In this document: piece by piece, positions 17,301-45,480 of the stretch
How the letters are laid out: every line of letters starts with the position of its first letter
Position numbering within the stretch: position 1 is the stretch's first letter
Origin: the human T2T-CHM13v2.0 reference genome, Homo sapiens
NCBI RefSeq assembly: GCF_009914755.1
Contig: NC_060935.1
DNA length: 64,000 nt
Direction: 5' to 3' (one strand)
Notes under the pieces: generated by a model
Databases searched by the model: none
What the model saw: the letters and a program-made list of their open reading frames with translations, nothing else
Told to the model about the DNA's origin: nothing
Program-made: the position numbers and the translations under genes

Positions 17301-18150
17301 GTTTGTCCAGAACCAAATGAAGGGAGGCAAGACTTATTAGTTGCAAATAAAAAAAACCATGATTCATGTTTTTAGTTTTAATTCTAGATTTTTTTTTGAA
17401 TTTTTAAAACAGAACTTTATGTCCTCAAAAATACACAGTAGATATACGAACACTTAATTATTTGACTAAACTGAGAAGTGGCCCTGAGGTTGTACAGACA
17501 GAGGAAGTACTTGAGGACCACTGCTGTAAACCTGAAAGAATGACTTCAGATACTGGTGTTGAGGGTGAGGTTTGTGTGTGATTTCGTGAGACCTCTCACC
17601 CATACCTCTACCACACATGACCCACTTTTACCGCCATCTTCAGGATTGAGGAAGTAGCAGCTATGACTTACTGAGCACTTGCTATGTGCCAAGGAGTCTG
17701 CTAAGTGCTGTAGATCCATTCTTTCAGTTTAGTGCATAGTTCTAGAGGTAGAATGGCTGGGTTCAAATCCCAGTTCTTCCACATACTGGTTGTGTGACCT
17801 AGGGCAAGTCTCTTCACCTCTCTGTGCTTTCTTCCTCACTCATAAGAACAAAAATAGAACTTTTGTGACAATAAGTTAATTAATGTATGTGAAGCATGTA
17901 AACATCCCTGGCACATAGAAAAGTATACATGTTTGTTACTATTATCAGCCATATTTTAGAAACTGAGACTTGGAGGGGCTACTTAGTTTCTTCAGTGTTT
18001 CACATCATTCTTCTGGGAGCAGGTTAAGAACTGCCTTGAGGCTGATTTACATAATGTTTTATAGATAATTTATTGTCTGTATTATCACATTGGCTCCAAT
18101 TTCTTTACTGCAGCCACCCAGGACCATCCTCATCATCAAACCAATACTCC

Positions 18151-18477
18151 TGGCTAGGTGTGGTGGCTCACACCTGTAATCTCAGCACTTTGGGAGGCTG
18201 AGGCGGGTGGATCACTTGAGCTCAGGAGTTCAAGACAAACCTGACCAAAATGGTGAAACCCCATTTCTACTAAAAAGACAAAAATTAGCCGGTCACAGTG
18301 GCATGCGCCTGTAGTCCCAGCTACTCGGGAGGCTGAGGCAGGAGAATGCTTGAACCTGGAAGGCGGAGGTTGCAGTGAGCCGAGATCGCGCCACTGCACT
18401 CCAGCGTGGGTGACAGAGCAAGACTCCATCCCCACCCCCAAAAAATAAAAATAAAGAATAAAGAATAAAAAAATAAA
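18151..18477 (+). mobile_element. Alu
   Basis: Alu dimer; flank duplication ccaatactcc. Confidence 0.93.
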
Positions 18478-18799
18478 ATCCAATACTCCTGAAGGTGGAG
18501 ACTTCAGATTCCAACAGCTTTGTGTTTTCCTCCAACAACTCCTCCACGTTCCTCATTTTGAAAGGAAATAGAAGTGTTGGTAGGCTGGAGTGGTGAAAAG
18601 GGCAAAGGAGCAGGACTGTTGTCGAGAGGTCTGGGGTAGATTTAGAATACAGTGAGACAAAAGGAGGCTATTAGATTTAGAAAAGGTGACAGCGCCACCC
18701 TGTATTTGGGCCTGCTTTGCTCTCCCCAGGCTGCAGTTCTCTGCAGGTTCAGGGATGTGCCTTCAGATGCCTGTACCCACCCATTTCCTATACTGTCCC

Positions 18800-19362
<563 letters not shown>

Positions 19363-19759
19363 TAGACCACAGGTCCCCTGAATTTCCTACTTCCAACGCC
19401 TCAGTGGGCCTCTTCCACAGGCTCATTCTCCCAAGGGTGGAACCCCTCAATGATGTGCACACCCCTAGTGGTGGCCAATGGACTACCGGGTCAGCAGATG
19501 TGGAGGGACCTATAGGTGGCATGTCCATACCCTTGCACCTAAAGTCCCTTGCAATGCAGAGCAAAGCCAGGGATCGGAAGAGAAGAACCAGCCCAGAGGA
19601 GGGGCCTCATAAGTGTCAGGGACAGACCTGGACTCTGGTAAAGGTGGCCTTGAGGAGGTCAAAGAACATGTATTGTTGCAGGAGATGACAGTGAGGGAGC
19701 TGGAAGAATAAAGGTTGGGATTGGCATTTATTCTGACAATGTCTCAAGCAACGCTATAG

Positions 19760-20114
<355 letters not shown>

Positions 20115-20349
20115 GACAGCTATTTTCTTTCTGAAGAAAGAAGTCAACTTTATGGCTAAAGGCAAAAGGGAGAGGAAAACTATAAGCTGTGTGAAATAGT
20201 GTAAAATGTAAGATTGTTGTATGTATTTGTCTCAATATTTATGTCTTCACTAAAGGCAGAGGCCAGCCTCTCATCCATAAATAGTGGGACACAACCTCTG
20301 GCAGGAACCAGAACTTGAGCCCCTCACGTCAACCAAACGGAAAGAAGGT

Positions 20350-20516
20350 AGGCACAATAGCAGGTGCCTGTAGTCCCAACTACTCAAGAGACTGAGGGCA
20401 GGAGGTTTGCTTGAGCCCAGGTGTTCGAGGCTGTAGCGCATAATGATTGCATCTGTGAATAGCCATGACACTCTAGCCTGGGCAACATAGCAAGATTCCT
20501 GTCTGTAAAAAAAAAG
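20350..20516 (+). mobile_element. FLAM/Alu monomer
   Basis: Single arm plus A-tail. Confidence 0.75.
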
Positions 20517-20552
20517 TATCCACTGGGAAAAGAGTATTTAAAAAGCAGAGAC

Positions 20553-21468
20553 TCTAATATCCCACATCTATAAGGAACATAAACCAATTTACAAGCAAAA
20601 ACCAAACAACCCCATTAAAAGGTGAGCAAAGAACACAAACACTTTTGAAAAGAAGACATGTATGCAGGCAAGAAGTATATGAAAATAGCTCAATATCACT
20701 AATCATTAGAGAAATGCAAATCAAACCACAGTGAGATACCATCTCACATCAGTAAGAATGGCTATCAGCAAAATGTCAGAAAATAACAGATGCTGGCAAG
20801 GTTGTGGAGAAAAGGAAACACTTATACACTGTGGGTGGGAGTGCGAATTCATTCAACCATTGTGGAAAGCAGTTTGGCAATTCTCAGAGAATTAAAAACA
20901 GAACTACCGTTTGACCCCAAAATCTCATTACTGGGTATATACCCAAATGAATATAAATCATTCTACCACAAAGACAAAGGCACACATTATGTTCATTGCA
21001 GCACCAGTCACTATTGCAAAGACATGAAATCAACCTAAATGCCCAGCAGTGGTAGATTGGATAAAGAAAATGTGGTACGTATACACCGTGGAATACTATG
21101 CAGCCATAAAAAAGAACAAACTCATGTCCTTTGCAGGAATATGGTTGGAGTTGGAGGCCATTATCCTTAGCAAATGAACGAACACAGGAACCAAAAAACA
21201 AATACCATATGTTCTCCTTATAAGTGGGAGCTAAATGATGAGAACACACGGACACAAAAAGGGGAACAACAGACACTGGGGCCTACTTGAGGGAGGAGGG
21301 TGGGAGGAGGGAGAGGATCAGAAAAGGTAACTGTTGGGTACTAAGCTTAGTACCCAGGTGACTAAATAATCTGAACAAACCCCCGTGAGACAAGTTTACC
21401 TATACAACAAACCTGCACATGTACCCTTGAATCTAAGATAAGAGTTAAAAATAAAATAAAAATAAAAA
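20553..21468 (+). mobile_element. Older L1PA/L1PB 3' fragment
   Basis: ORF2 C-terminal and 3' UTR similarity, ends in A-rich tail. Confidence 0.88.
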
Positions 21469-23329
21469 GCCGAGACTCTGGCATAGAGGATAATGGAGAG
21501 ATCCAGTTTTCTATGCTGTAGCAAAAGTGGGGACTCAGTCTTGGGGAAAACACAGAAACCCAGTTTTCAAAACTAGATACAAAGTCAAAGTTGTTCTGGC
21601 AAGGATTTTTCATTGAGCTGCAGACACCTGAGTTTCAACTCCCTCAATCTCTTTTGACTAAGGTCAGTCATGGTCAAGCAGCCTCAGCAGTGGGGAGAAG
21701 ATGGTCAGCAAAGGCTGAGCATCCAAGATAATATAGAGACATCAGCTCAGCTTCCCTTGACTCTGGGACATGGATGCCATCAGGCTAGTGGTATCATTCC
21801 AGTAGAATTACATTTCATGCCCCCTGATAGACAATCTGTGCCCTGGCCTGTGGAAGAGAGTAGAGGAGTTAACAAGATAGAAGGAGAAAAGTGGATGATG
21901 TTTGTGGCCTAGTCTTCAGCATTATTGTATGCTCTTGAAAGGATCATTTCCTCTCTCTTGGCCCCAGATTTTTATTTGTAAACTGAAGGAATTGAAATCA
22001 GATGATCTAATACGTTTCTCTAAATTTTTGTATCTTATGTAAACACAGGACACACAATATTGCCATATTTCTCTAGTCCCCAAAGCTGCCCCATTGAAAG
22101 ATTTCAGGAAATGTTTTAAAAGTAAATACCAAGTAGAAGCATATTTCATATACAGAGTGTACAGTGCATTTCTCATAAAATAGCTCTGAGCCCTTAATTC
22201 ATATTCCAGTTAATCCCACATAATGCCTGGGTAATTTTTGTTGCCAAGTATCTGACTTCCATTACGATGACTGCAAAATATTGCCCATTATTTCACTTCC
22301 TTGAGATTCTGCTTCCTTAACCTGTATCTTATCTTGCTGTTATTCAAACCATAAAACAATTTAGATGTTTCCTATGAAATTAGGAATGCAAGTATTTAGG
22401 AGATATCTTATTTATTAAGGGATAAAGCCTTATAAATGGGTTCAGAAAAGGATGTGGCTGGAGGCACAGTTGATGCTGTGTCCCAGCCCTCTGCTCAGCT
22501 CACAATACTCAGAACTAGAGTTGGCCAAAAACTGAGCCAGCACTAGTGTACACATTGTACCCCATGTGCTCAGAAACACAACTCAGACTTCTTTTTCCTT
22601 GCGTTGTTTTGGAAGCAAATCCACAAGGCCCTGAGCACTCACTGAGCCGAGGCACGAGCTGGCCAAAGGATACAACCCAGAAAGGCAGATGCTCTTAACT
22701 CCAGAATACAACACTCCTTTTTAGATAGAATTGGAAGGGCCTCATGAATGGTTTTGCTTGTGACCTGTACAGGCTTTTAGTGCCCAGTCTAATAAAGGAA
22801 AGAGAAGATTGTCCAGAAAAGGAAGGCTATTGGTATATGTAACCATTTTAAAACAAGTAAACAAAAAATAAATAAACCTTTTTAGTTGCTAATTTTACAT
22901 ATTTTTGGCGCAAGAGATGGGACACAGATAAGCACAAAAGATGGAACACAGATAAGGATGCTTGTGCAATGTCCTTTAATCCTGCATAAATTATGAAAAA
23001 AGAGTGTCACTATCTTCACTTATAAAAAACTGTAAGGCATAACAGGTGGATTTGGATAGTAAGTCCAGTTTCATTGCAATCAAAATTTAAGAGACAGAAT
23101 TCTCTCAATATCGTGTACGTACAATTGTTCCTTGCCCAGTTGATGTGTGATGACGTTATTGAATGAGTAATTCTAGAGTGGGTTACAATGAATTTTGCAT
23201 ATACTTGTATGTGTTTCTCCATGTGTGTACAACTCAGATAGCATTTATGCAATAGAATTTTACCTATTCGGGCTCATGTATGAAAGAGAAATTTTCCTTC
23301 TCACAGAACCTAATTTTAGGGTATAGTTT

Positions 23330-23879
23330 TGTTACAGGAAAGGGGTCCCGATCCAGACCCCAAGAGAGGGTCCTTGGATCTCACGCAAGAAAGAATTCAG
23401 GGTGAGTCTGCAGTGCAAAGTAAAAGCAAGTTTATTAAGAAAGTAAAGGAATAAAAGAATGGCTACTCCATAGAGCAGTCCCAAGGGCTTCTGGTTGCCC
23501 ATTTATATGGTTATTTCTTGCTGATATGCTAAACAAGGGGTGGATTATTCATGCCTCCCCTTTTTAGACCACATAGGGTAACTTCCTGATGTTGCCATGG
23601 CATTTGTAAACTGTCACGGCGCTGGTGGGAGTGTAGCAGTGAGGATGACCAGAGGTCACTCTCATCGCCATTTTGGTTTTGGTGGGTTTTAGCCAGCTCC
23701 TTTACTGCAATCTGTTTTATCAGCAAGGTCTTTATGACCTGTATTTTGTGCCGACCTCCTATCTCATCCTGTGACGTAGAAGACCTTAACGGTCTGGGAA
23801 TGCAGCCCAGTAGATTTCAGCGTTGTTTTACCCAGCTCCTATTTAAGATGGAGTTGCTCTGGTTCACACACCTCTGGCA
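23330..23879 (-). mobile_element. MER41 (MER41A-like) ERV1 solo LTR
   Basis: tgttacaggaaaggggtcccgatccagaccccaagagaggg start, 550 bp, 4-bp TSD GTTT. Confidence 0.88.
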
Positions 23880-24211
23880 GTTTTGGCAATTCAGGTCAAT
23901 TAAGACATCATGATAAACTCTTACAAAAATGGCCATGCTGTTGCTATAAACTCAGCACATTTTTTATTTTCCAGAGATCATTATTAGCTGCAGTTCAATC
24001 TGAGTGTCTTGTAAGCAGTGAGGTAGAACAAAATCAAGGAGTCTTAAATCAGCATTTCGCATACTTCAATATACCAGGCAGATAAAAGTCCAAAAAATTA
24101 GAAAAACTAAACCATGTGAGAAAGAAACTTCGGAAACTGTAAAGCCTTTCTTCCTCTAAACTCGCCATTGTCCTCAGGTAATAAGCAATTGTTCACTTTT
24201 TTGGTTGGTAA

Positions 24212-24430
24212 TCTCAACCTCCCGGATTCAAGCGATTCTCCTGCCTCAGCCTCCCAAGTAGCTGGGATTACAGGTGCCCGCCACCACGCCTGGCTAATTT
24301 TTGTATTTTTAGTAGAGACGGGGTTTCACCATGTTGGTCAGGCTGGTCTCCAACTCCTGACCTCAGGTGATCCACCTGTCTCAGCCTCCAGAAGTGCTGG
24401 GATTACACGCGTGAGCCACCGTGCCCGGCC
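24212..24430 (-). mobile_element. Truncated Alu
   Basis: Reverse Alu lacking its tail end. Confidence 0.9.
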
Positions 24431-24930
24431 CACTTTTTTATTTAGAAAACAAAATTTATCATGCCTGGTAGTTTGGGTTTTCCTCCCTCTTGGTGCCAGA
24501 ACAGTGCTGGTTTGTTTTCTCTTTGGAGTGCTGATTCTATTGGTTGTGTAGATTGTGCATTTTGTAGTTCACGTTGGAGTCTGTCACCCAGGGGCCTGAG
24601 ATGACTCACAAGCCCTAGCTCTAAGGGGTGCATGCTTCAGGTCTTGGTGGCTTCATCAAGCCACCAAGTCAGGATGACACAGAATTCCGACTCACCTCTG
24701 AGAGATCAGTGAGGGGAACTCATATACAAAAACTAAGAAACCTGGAGCAAGCTGTTCTTGAATTCCATAGCTATTAAATCTTACTTGAAAGTCAGTAATG
24801 TAAAGTCAGGAGTTAAACAATCAGCGATGTGGCTAAGTTCCTCAACCTTATGTTAAAGAACAAAGCACTGGTTTTGTGACTTAATTGAATTCTCTGACCA
24901 GTTCAACCTTTTTAAAAAGGGTGTTGCTGG

Positions 24931-24943
24931 TGCCACCTAGTGG
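24931..24943 (-). promoter_or_regulatory. CTCF consensus site
   Basis: CCACTAGGTGGCA matches the core CCASYAGRKGGCR. Confidence 0.7.
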
Positions 24944-25012
24944 AAGTATTGTAAATCTCACAGCGTCGTGATGAATCCGTAAATCAAGGTATTTTCTGTG
25001 ACCAGGGCTTAA

Positions 25013-25083
25013 TCCACTCCTGTTGGCTCCGAGAAAACTGTGCGTGCAGAGAGCTGCACTTTTTTTTCTAAACGGGAAGTGAG
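25013..25083. mobile_element. MER75A-like piggyBac MITE
   Basis: 71 bp bounded by TTAA (25009-12, 25084-87); gagctgcacttttttttctaaacgggaa terminus. Confidence 0.8.
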
Positions 25084-25904
25084 TTAAACTTGGTAGCTTT
25101 TATGGTGGCTATCTTTCTGTTATATATGTTTTCGTGTTTTTATTCTGACATGAGGATATGGAAATCCAGGACAATATTTTTGCTTTAATACAAAAGTTCT
25201 CCCAGGATAATTCCAAGAGCAAAATTTGTTACACCAATATAAGATCTTGTCAGTTTCTCCTATTCCAAATACAAGTATGCTATTGGTTCACTTTGAGGAG
25301 TTTTTCAAACCTTTTACCCTTATTATCTGATGAAGAGGCCATTACTAGCTACAATTCAATTTTAAGGCAGTGCATTTGCCTAGTACATTAGCTCTAGGTA
25401 AATGCACTCTCACTTTAATTTGTGAATATAATATTACTTCTCATAAAACATTCATTTGGTCTTCTCAACCCCATTCGTGAATATCTATACAAACTGGCTA
25501 TCTGTATTTTACCTGTAACCTATTTCATAGAAGATTCTATTAGGACCATCTGCTCAGTTCATAATCAGCTCTCTTTAATGCTACCCCTATCACCAGTGGT
25601 AAACTCCAAATAGACATTTGCTATAATTTGAATTCGATGCTTTGGTTACTGTGGAAGGACACTCATCAAGGTAACACCAATTGGATTTGGAATTTTGAAT
25701 TGAGACTGGAGTAAAGGTGGAAGTCAGGAAACAATCTTGACTATATATATTTTCTATATACCTTTATGTATATCTTTATATCTATATATCTTTATGTATA
25801 TCTGTCTGTCTGTCTGTCTATCCATGAGAGAGAAGTATCATGAAAGAAAATGGTTAAACATAGGGAAAATGTTTCTGAAATCAAGTGAAACATCTTTTCT
25901 ATTT

Positions 25905-39516
<13,612 letters not shown>

Positions 39517-39527
39517 TTACCTTTACT

Positions 39528-39646
39528 TTTATAGGCCTGCAATGGTGAGTCATCACTTATGGATAGGTTTCCACTTCCTAGTCACTTGAAGGTAAACATG
39601 CTTACGTGGCGACTTTTTCTTTTCCCTCCCGAGTGTGGTTTGTGGT
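39528..39646 (-). promoter_or_regulatory. MMP13 proximal promoter
   Basis: TATAAA 39528-33, AP-1 TGACTCA 39546-52, ETS/PEA3 AGGAAGT 39573-79, HRE-like ACGTG 39604-08, AG-rich element GAAAAGAAAAAG 39613-24, tandem RUNX sites (A)ACCACA 39634-46. Confidence 0.93.
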
Positions 39647-42511
39647 AGAATTTGAGGGAAATATAAATGAGAGCATCTCTTGTTTCAGCAGGGTCTCAAA
39701 ACCCATCTGGCAAAATAAACGGCCTCAGCATATTTATGGATACTGTGGGAAGAAGCAGAGAGTAGTACATTTTTTACTTCACTTAGCAAAAATTTTTTTT
39801 TTTGCCTTCTGTAAGAACGTATCTACTTTTGCTTCTTCGAATAATAAGTGTATCAAGATGGCATGTTTACTTCCATAAAGAGAAACTTAGTACTGATTCT
39901 AGAATGTTTACTACTGCTGGTAAATTATAAACTGCATTTTCTCTAGAATATCTACAGAGAGATGTCTTGTGTCTACCTGAAGTTCACGATATTGGACCAA
40001 AACCAAGCTTGATGACTTGGAGGTGCTACGGCACAACCGCAGGATTGAGCCCCATGGTTGGAATTTAAACACACTGGCATGACCTCTCGACAAATATGGA
40101 GTCCTGCATAAATTCCCTACAGATTCAGACAGAGGTAGAAGAATTACATTGGAACGGAACAACTGTAATGGCTAGCACAAACAGGGATTACTGCATTCTA
40201 GGTTTAAAAGGCATTATCTCATTTAATCCTTACAACAGCCACATAGGTGCTGTCAGAAAGCTTGTTTTCCATTTTACATATGAATAATCTGATACACTGA
40301 GAAGTTAAATACTTGTATACGGTCATATAGTTTATAAATGATACCAGGATTTGAACCTAGGCCAATAACTCAAAACTCAATGTTCTTGACCACCGTCCCT
40401 GTCTAATTATGACCTCCACCCTTTCCATTCTCAGATATTTTCTTAAAAGCTGAGCTGTTTGGTTCCTACACCTCAGGGAGTGCCCAAGAAAACTAGGGCT
40501 GCAGTAGGCCAATTTCAAGTTTCTCAATTTTTAAGTTTGAATAATAGAAGTAATCTTGGTCCAACCATCAGGAAAATAGTCCTAGGGGCCTCTACCCTAT
40601 TATTCCTTTCAGAACATCACACATTCAGTACCGTGAAATCAAAGTGCCATCTTTGGTCCCCTGCAGAAGTAAATGGGTAGAGCAATATAGGCCATGATCT
40701 TTGGATTTATTGGACTTCTTTAAATAAATGATTGGAAATGCAGGTTAATTTGAGTGACTAAGAGTCAGAAAGAAAATGCTGCTCAGGTCAGGAACATAGT
40801 AAGACAAAGAGAAGGAGCATGTATACAGCTTTAGGGTGAGTACGAAATGGGTATCCTAACATATGAGTAAAATCCTATAATCTAGAGTAGCCAGTGCCTT
40901 AGAGAAAAATCAGAAAAGCCTACAACATGTATGTGATCATTTGAGGGAAATTTACTATATGCCTTTATCCAAACAAAATACAGCCAAATATACCCTTTCA
41001 AATAGATTGTTTCCAGTGAGTTCAAGATTAGATTGGTGCTCAATCAGGAATGCAAAGCAATAATTTATTTTAAGTTGCTTCCATGTATCATAATATTTAA
41101 TTTTGAGATTAAGTGAAAAATTATCCAAAAAAGTTTGATTCATCGACTAAGCTTATAAAAGTTAGTTTATTAGAAAGCATTTGTTTTTACAAATAAATTT
41201 TCATAATATATTAAAATCTCATTAGATAAGAAGTGCTTAAGAAGCTGGAAAACAAATAACATTTTATTAAACATTTGAAAGTGGAGAAAAAGAATCAAAT
41301 AGGCTAACTGTTCTTATAGATTTTCACATATTTGTAGAAATGTTACTACTTCAAACTAGAAGAAAAGAAGCTTTTTTATCTATCAATTTAATGAATATAT
41401 TAATTGAGCATCAACCATATAGGATACCATGCTAGTGTCTATGGAAATGAAATGAAGGCTAAAATGAGGGCCTTTTTCTGAGGATCATTACAATATTACC
41501 TCCCCCATTAAAAAAAACATTTTTAATAACAAATGAAAATAAATACATGCCACTATTTTTCAACTTTAAAAATAAAGTTTATTATCAAACAACTTTAGTA
41601 TTTTACTAGTTTCTCATTCCATTTAAGAACATAATCAGCGCAAAAGAAAAAACACAGAAAGGTTAATGAGAACATATTATTATATGTTCTGTAGTTTTCT
41701 TAAGTAGAAATAAATAAAAATTCCTCCAAAGATTAAAATACATTAATTCATTAAGAAAATAATCAGACTGCTCGTTTATAGAATATTGTTCAGGGAAAAG
41801 TGTTTTTAGATGGTGATAGGGATGTGTCATCACATCATAATGTGTTGGCAAACTGCTTGTCAACGCAAGTCCTTATATCAGGTTGTTAACTGTTAAAGTC
41901 AAGCCTTCTGGTTACCACTGTGAAATGATTTGTGGTTTCAGATGTCATCTTTAACACAATAGGGCTGAGCTGGTATTTAAAAATGGTTCTAACAAGTCTA
42001 CCAAATCACTGGGAAATTTGAAAACCTGTAGAATGAACAAACAAAACTGGACTAAATTAGAATTATGTATTTACTGCTGATTCAGACATTAGCAATATGG
42101 GACTTTTTAAAACATAGGTCATCATCAGTTTTCAAGTTCAAAACGTCACCCAAACAGGAACGAAAAATGTCTATGAACAGCCAGATACTAAATCACAGAG
42201 GGGTCCCAGACTAGGAATAACATGAACAATTGGCCATTTGAGTTAGATTAAAATTATGAAAAATCTTTAAGTAAAAGAACGATTAAGATCAAGATTTTGG
42301 CTTCAGTTTAGAGTATAGTAAAAACTCATTGTCGATGACACTTAGCGGTGTGTTTATTTTTCTAAAATGTAAGTGATTTGACTCTGCAAGTGCACGAAGT
42401 AATAATTTTTTGTAAACACTCTCTGATGGTTGCTTAGTTCTACCTTCCGATTTCTCTTTTTTTTTCATAACCTCACGAGCTGGGCTTACATGATCTTAAA
42501 AAGGAGAACTA

Positions 42512-42640
42512 GCTGGGCATAGGGCATGTCTATAGTCCCAGCTACTCAGGAGGCTGAGGTTGGAGGATTGCTTGAGCCCAGGGGTGAAGTTTGAGGACAG
42601 CCTAGGGCAGACAGGGAGGCGCCATTAAAAAAAAAAAAAA
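42512..42640 (+). mobile_element. FLAM/Alu monomer
   Basis: Single arm plus A-tail. Confidence 0.75.
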
Positions 42641-42747
42641 GGAAAGCTAGATTTCTTCTAAATTTGAATTTAAACACTACTTTTGTGCAGTCATGGCATC
42701 ATCCACAGGTGTGGAACAAAACGAAGAGCTCATTTTACATGCTGTGG

Positions 42748-42863
42748 CTACAAAGCAAAGGTTGGGTAACTTAGGAGGTCATTTACTTTTAACATTTGAA
42801 TGATATGCTCTTCAGAGATGCCATACTCATACTGGGTTCATCCACAAAAGTTACTAAAAGAAT
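42748..42863 (-). pseudogene. MMP13-like pseudogene exon 10 remnant
   Basis: FCG*TQYEYGISEEHIIQMLKVNDLLSY aligns without gaps to [28 protein letters not shown]; terminal Cys position reads TAC; acceptor appears AG>AA. Confidence 0.8.
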
Positions 42864-43494
42864 TTACAAGAAGTAAAATAAATTATTTTTGGTTCTTACT
42901 GGAGTATAACATCTGAAAGTCAAGTCCTAATTTCCTGGGCTCCCCTCCTAAAGAATTTTATTTTTTTGTGTGTTTGGTTGAAAAAGAGTGGTTACTGAAT
43001 GTCCACCTTGGCCAGATTTAACCAAATACTCTAAGAGAAAACAACTGGGAATAGAACACACATTCTAGCCCAACCCTTCCCAAATGTCTTTGAAAAAGGA
43101 AAAATCTAGATTGCTTGGTAGTGAATAATAGAAATAAAAACAAGTTAGGAAAATGGAGAAATGCTTTAGTGGTTTTAACAACAAGCAATTTTATTACATT
43201 TAAAGATTCCTAATGTTTAAACAATGAGGCAAAGGTCTATTTTTAAACAACTTAGTCTCACCTTGTTACCTTAATTCACTAAAGTGGAAGCCATTACATA
43301 TTTTTTAAAAAGCAGATTATCTGATAAAAAGCAATACACAAAAACAGAATGTAATGTTATTACATAATGTTTGGGAAATAAAAACTTTTCTCAGAAGAAA
43401 AAAATTATGTAACATCTCAAGATTTTTGAGATAATCTGCCTCCATACACACACACACACACTACATACACATATATATAGTATGTGTGTGTGTA

Positions 43495-44680
43495 TACATA
43501 TTCCTTATCTTACAATGGAGTTACATCCAAATAAACCCATCATAAATTGAAAATATCATAAGTCAAAAATGCATTTGATTCAACTAACCTACCAAATATC
43601 ATTGCTTAACTCAGACTACCTTAAATGTGCACGGAACACTTACATTAGCCTAAAATTGGGCAAGATCATCTAACACAAAGCCCATTTTATAATAAAGTTA
43701 TTATAAAGAATTTTGAATCAAAATTCAAAATTTGAAGTACAGTTTCTACTCAATGCATATATCTTGTGCACCATTGTAAAGTCAAAAAATCATAAGCTGA
43801 AGCATCATGTTGTAATGGAATGCAGGTCCAGTCGCTCACTGCTTGCAGAGTCCAATTAAAAGGAGCGAGGCCTGGTAGAAAGAAAGTGACCATATTTCAG
43901 AGCTAGCTGAGGGGAGGTAGTATAGGCTCCTGCCTTGAGGGCAGCATCTCAGTCTTCAGGCAGAAGACAGGGGCTTTTAAAAGGAGGGTTTGACATGAAT
44001 GGCATGTAGGGGAGGAAACAATGAGGTGTGGGGGTCTACATGACTTGCTTTGTGACTTGCTTCGGGTGTCGTATCTACTGGGTGGTCTGGCTGGAGCCAT
44101 CGCAGGCAGAGGTAAGCTGTAAATTGAAGCAATCTCCTGGTGGAAGAGAGTTCCAGAGACCTGATTTGCTTCAAGGTTTCTTCTGTGGAACTTCTAAGTA
44201 AACACATTGTTAGATAACCTTGCTGTGCCTGGTGGAGAGAAGGTAAAGGTTATAATTGCATTGCTAAAAAGCTAAGTAAAAGGGGCAGGGGCACGGTGAC
44301 TCATTCCTGTTTCTTAGCACTTTGGGAGGCCGAAGCGGGCAGATCACCTGAGGTCAGGAGTTCTAGACCAGCCTGGCCAATGTGGTGAAACCCCGTCTCT
44401 ACTAAAAATGCAAAAATTAGTTGGTCATGGTGGCAGGTGCCTGTAATCCCAGCTACTCGGGAGGCTGAGGTAGGAGAATTGCTTGAACCCAGGAGACAGA
44501 GGGTTGCAGTGAGCCGAGATCGCACCACTGCACTCCAGCCTGGGCGACAGAGATACTTCATCTGGAAAAAAAAAAAAAAAAAAAAAAAAAGGTTGGGGTC
44601 AAAAAGAAAAGAAATCCAAGAAATTCATTGTTTTCTCTTAAAAATAGGGTACTCATGTATAATATGTCAGGGACCGTCTC
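43495..44680. mobile_element. Nested repeats: MER47A-like Tigger, split by an ERV1-type LTR (about 43811-44660), which is split by an Alu (44288-44590)
   Basis: MER47A-like body ends at 43810 and its terminus (ggaccgtct) resumes at about 44670. Confidence 0.7.
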
Positions 44681-44688
44681 TCTCTCTG

Positions 44689-44735
<47 letters not shown>

Positions 44736-44740
44736 TACAC
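44689..44740 (+). repeat. (CA)n microsatellite
   Basis: Direct reading. Confidence 0.95.
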
Positions 44741-45480
44741 TCACCTCTCTCCTTAAAGTTGATTTATTGATATATTTAGCCTATAGTCTATCTTAACATG
44801 TGTAAGGCAAGAAACATCATAAACTAACTCTAAATTACAAAGAAATATTTTGAAGTATGGATGATGTTTGTTTCTTTTACCTCTCCAGTGATCCAGCCCT
44901 CAAATAAACCAATGGAGCCATGTAGGGATTAAGAGCACAGGCCAGGCCTTGGAGTCAGATGCACCAGCCAAAATCCCAACTCTGCCATTTATGAGCTCCC
45001 TGACTTTGGGCAGTTTGTTTCATTTTCGCCAACCTTCCCTTCCTCCTCTGTCAAGGAAGGGTCACATGAAGGCTTTCATGAGATGATGCAGGTAAAGAGC
45101 TAAACTCACTACATGGCTCCTGTGAAAGGGTTATTATATTCATTCATTTATTCGTTCATTCATTAGCTCACTCATTCACTGCCAGAAACTGTTCTTGGTT
45201 CTAGAGATAAGTATTTCTAACCAAAACAGACAAAAATTTCTGCTCTTGCAAAGCTGACATTCTGGTGCAAGGAATGACATATTCTTCTCCAGTATCTTTC
45301 AATCAATTTTCATCTCTCTTCTCTCACCTTGGTAATTCATCTCTACGTCATCACTGTCTCCTGTCCTGCCCTCTATTATCTCAGAACATTAGACTTAGCT
45401 GTCTTAACCTCACTACTGTACCACCAACCAAACTTTAAAACTTTAAAATCGGCCTTGTTCTTCTTGCAAATATTTGTAGT

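Noticed and set aside
23330-23879. MER41 as an interferon-gamma (STAT1) enhancer
   Set aside because: Length fits MER41A, and I see no tandem TTCnnnGAA sites of the MER41B type.
42899-42950. ag|GAGGGGAGCCCAGGAAATTAGGACTTGACTTT...|gtaag as pseudogene exon 8 or 9 (EPRKLGLDF vs YPRLIEEDF)
   Set aside because: Only about 50 nt, and it leaves a 36-nt intron to exon 10; the similarity is too weak to call.
44875-44925. LFEG..HWR-like segment ending in AG|gtaaaag as the 3' end of pseudogene exon 8
   Set aside because: Needs frameshifts, is short and abuts a MIR; cannot be told from chance by eye.
45270-45320. KID..KDTGEEY resembling exon 8 [13 protein letters not shown]
   Set aside because: Context looks like L2-derived sequence and the alignment does not extend.
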